From Pseudomonadota bacterium (GTDB lineage Bacteria; Pseudomonadota; Gammaproteobacteria; GCA-002705445; GCA-002716945): a DNA stretch of 64,000 nt. The stretch spans positions 64,440 through 128,439 of the forward strand of contig JAYZYL010000002.1 of NCBI GenBank assembly GCA_036140295.1, written 5' to 3'. Of the stretch, positions 62,377-64,000 are shown piece by piece. The position numbers and the translations under genes were made by a program. Each line of letters begins with the position of its first letter. Within the stretch, counting starts at the first letter, position 1. The notes under the pieces are model-generated. The model saw only the letters and a program-made list of their open reading frames with translations. It was not told the DNA's origin and made no database searches.

Positions 62377-63969
62377 TTGAAAGATAAATTAAAAAGTTTA
62401 CTGATAGAAGCGCTTAAAAAGAATTTCAAGGAAAATAAATTTGAAGAATTAGTTGAAATACAACAGGCCACCTCAAAACACATAAAAGCTGATTATTTTT
62501 CTAATATAGCAATGAAATTATCTAAGAAATTAGGTAAAGCCCCAATGGACATTGCTAATGAAATTCTTAAGACTCTAAAACCAATAGATTTATTTAATTT
62601 TGAAGCAGCAAAACCTGGATATATAAACTTTTATATTAAAAAATCTGAAAGGAACAATATAGTTAAAAATATCTTAAATCAAAAAGATTTTTCAAGTTCA
62701 TTCAAAACAGACTCTCCAAAAAAAATTCATATTGAATTTGTTTCTTCTAATCCAACTGGACCATTACATGTAGGTCATGGGAGAGGGGCTATATATGGAA
62801 ATATCATTGCAAAATTTTTAAAATTACAGGGTCATAATGTACATACTGAATATTATGTTAATGATGTTGGAAATCAAATGACTTTACTTTTATATAGTAT
62901 TGCATCTATTGGTAATTCAGAAGAATGGTATAAAGGGGATTATATACGTGATACAGCCAATGTATTGACGAAAAAATATCCTGAAATTAAAAAACTATCT
63001 ACTTCCATGGGAGATTCAGAAAAGAAAAAATGGATAAAAATTATTTGTAAATATATGATTGAAAACTATATTAAAAAAGACTTAGAAAAGTTAAATATTG
63101 AGTTTGATGGATGGTTTTATGAAAATATTTTGTTTGAGAATAAAAGTGTAGAAAGAATCTTAAAAAAATTAGATGATGCTAATCATACCAAGCGCCATGA
63201 TGGGGCGCTAATGTTAAAAGCAGATGAATTAAGACCCCTGATAAAATCTAATGGCGAATATACATATTTAGCCTCAGATTTGGCATATCATGATTACAAA
63301 TTATCAAATTATGACCTTGTTATAAATATTTGGGGAGCCGATCACCATGGCTATATTCCAAGAATTAAATATGGTATGAAAGCATTAGGGCATGATCTAA
63401 AAAAACTAGATATTCACCTTATTCAATTTGCAAATCTTTATAAAGGAAAAAAGAAAATTTCTATGTCCACACGCAAGGGTGAGTTTGTAACATTAAAAAC
63501 CTTAAATGATGAGATAGGGAATGATGCTATAAACTTCTTTTATTTGACAAAAAAGAAAGATCAACATTTAGATTTTGACTTAGATGTTGCTATTTCTGAA
63601 GATAGAAATAATCCAGTCTATTATATACAGTATGCACATGCGAGAATTGAGAAAATTCTAAATGAAGCAAAGGATTTTAAAAGACATAAATTTAATCCTG
63701 AATCTCTAGAAAGTAATCTTGAGAAGAATATCATAGATTTACTTAATGGTTTTGAGGATATTTGTAAAAAATCAATTAATGAACTACAACCACATGTTAT
63801 GACCCAATATTTACAGAAAATCTCCCAAGAATTTCATAGTTATTATGCTAATGTTAAACTACTCACAAGCGAAATTGATTATAGCAAAATTTATCTTATT
63901 GCAGCTATCCAAAGAGTTATAAAGCACGGTCTAGGTATTCTTAACGTTAGCACCCCAAAGGAGATGTAA
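62377..63969 (+). CDS. argS: Arginine--tRNA ligase
   Basis: HIGH-type motif SSNPTGPLHVGHGRG and an MSTRKG loop, plus the conserved priA-argS order. It has a TTG start with no nearby ATG, and is somewhat short (530 aa). Confidence 0.93.
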   Translation: MKDKLKSLLIEALKKNFKENKFEELVEIQQATSKHIKADYFSNIAMKLSKKLGKAPMDIANEILKTLKPIDLFNFEAAKPGYINFYIKKSERNNIVKNILNQKDFSSSFKTDSPKKIHIEFVSSNPTGPLHVGHGRGAIYGNIIAKFLKLQGHNVHTEYYVNDVGNQMTLLLYSIASIGNSEEWYKGDYIRDTANVLTKKYPEIKKLSTSMGDSEKKKWIKIICKYMIENYIKKDLEKLNIEFDGWFYENILFENKSVERILKKLDDANHTKRHDGALMLKADELRPLIKSNGEYTYLASDLAYHDYKLSNYDLVINIWGADHHGYIPRIKYGMKALGHDLKKLDIHLIQFANLYKGKKKISMSTRKGEFVTLKTLNDEIGNDAINFFYLTKKKDQHLDFDLDVAISEDRNNPVYYIQYAHARIEKILNEAKDFKRHKFNPESLESNLEKNIIDLLNGFEDICKKSINELQPHVMTQYLQKISQEFHSYYANVKLLTSEIDYSKIYLIAAIQRVIKHGLGILNVSTPKEM

Positions 63970-64000
63970 TGATGCAAAATAAAATAGCAATAGTTTATGA

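Noticed and set aside
63969-64000. Start of another plus-strand ORF (ATGATGCAAAATAAAATAGCAATAGTTTATGA...) overlapping the argS stop.
   Set aside because: Only ~10 codons are visible before the window ends, too little to call a gene or product.

Overview
Read by eye with no searches run, this is a very AT-rich (roughly 30% G+C, estimated, not computed), tightly packed core-chromosome segment of a streamlined proteobacterium. The gene content looks gammaproteobacterial: hspQ, yggX-mutY, metXW, a DUF2909/SURF1-type cox cluster, and plsY-tsaD-rpsU-yqeY synteny like Pseudomonas. The aprA fragment at the left edge suggests a SUP05/ARCTIC96BD-19-like marine sulfur-oxidiser relative, but that is only a guess. 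I can support 66 protein genes, including rpmG, which is too short for the ORF track, and one tRNA-Phe(GAA). Main blocks:
- the 3' part of aprA
- folate genes (folM-like, folK, folB)
- rpmB-rpmG
- a DesA-type desaturase
- mutM, coaD and rsmD
- an M16 peptidase pair
- rpoH
- a complete aa3-type cytochrome c oxidase cluster with assembly genes (coxB-coxA-ctaG-coxC, DUF2909, SURF1, SCO-like, ctaA, ctaB)
- bioH-bioC
- a 23-kb run of 21 co-directional genes from rpsU to metW (gltD, hemE, aroKB, gltB, dnaG, metK, ahcY, bioA, rsmE, gshAB, ruvX, pyrB, yggS, proC, yggT, metXW)
- then terB-like, hspQ, a TPR/oxygenase-like protein, yggX, mutY, moaC, rdgB, an M48 protease, a 5'-3' exonuclease, a PPi-type phosphofructokinase, hemH, an HNH nuclease, priA and argS.
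I saw no transposases, integrases, phage genes, CRISPR arrays, toxin-antitoxin pairs or a recognisable defence island, and I cannot honestly point to a discrete novel multi-gene system.
The feature most worth a second look is non-coding. The 59743-60180 spacer is about 3 times longer than any other spacer in the window. It carries two perfect, inverted consensus DnaA boxes plus near-consensus boxes, two further inverted repeats and AT-rich 13-mer-like motifs, so it is a candidate oriC, DARS-like or DnaA-controlled element next to priA.
Secondary observations:
- a TPR protein with a 2OG-oxygenase-like C-terminus starting 9 nt after tRNA-Phe
- a permuted gltD-hemE/aroK-aroB-gltB block inserted into the rpsU-dnaG operon, with no rpoD after dnaG
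- all nine convergent gene junctions having 1 nt or less of spacer
- several unusually short or domain-depleted housekeeping proteins.
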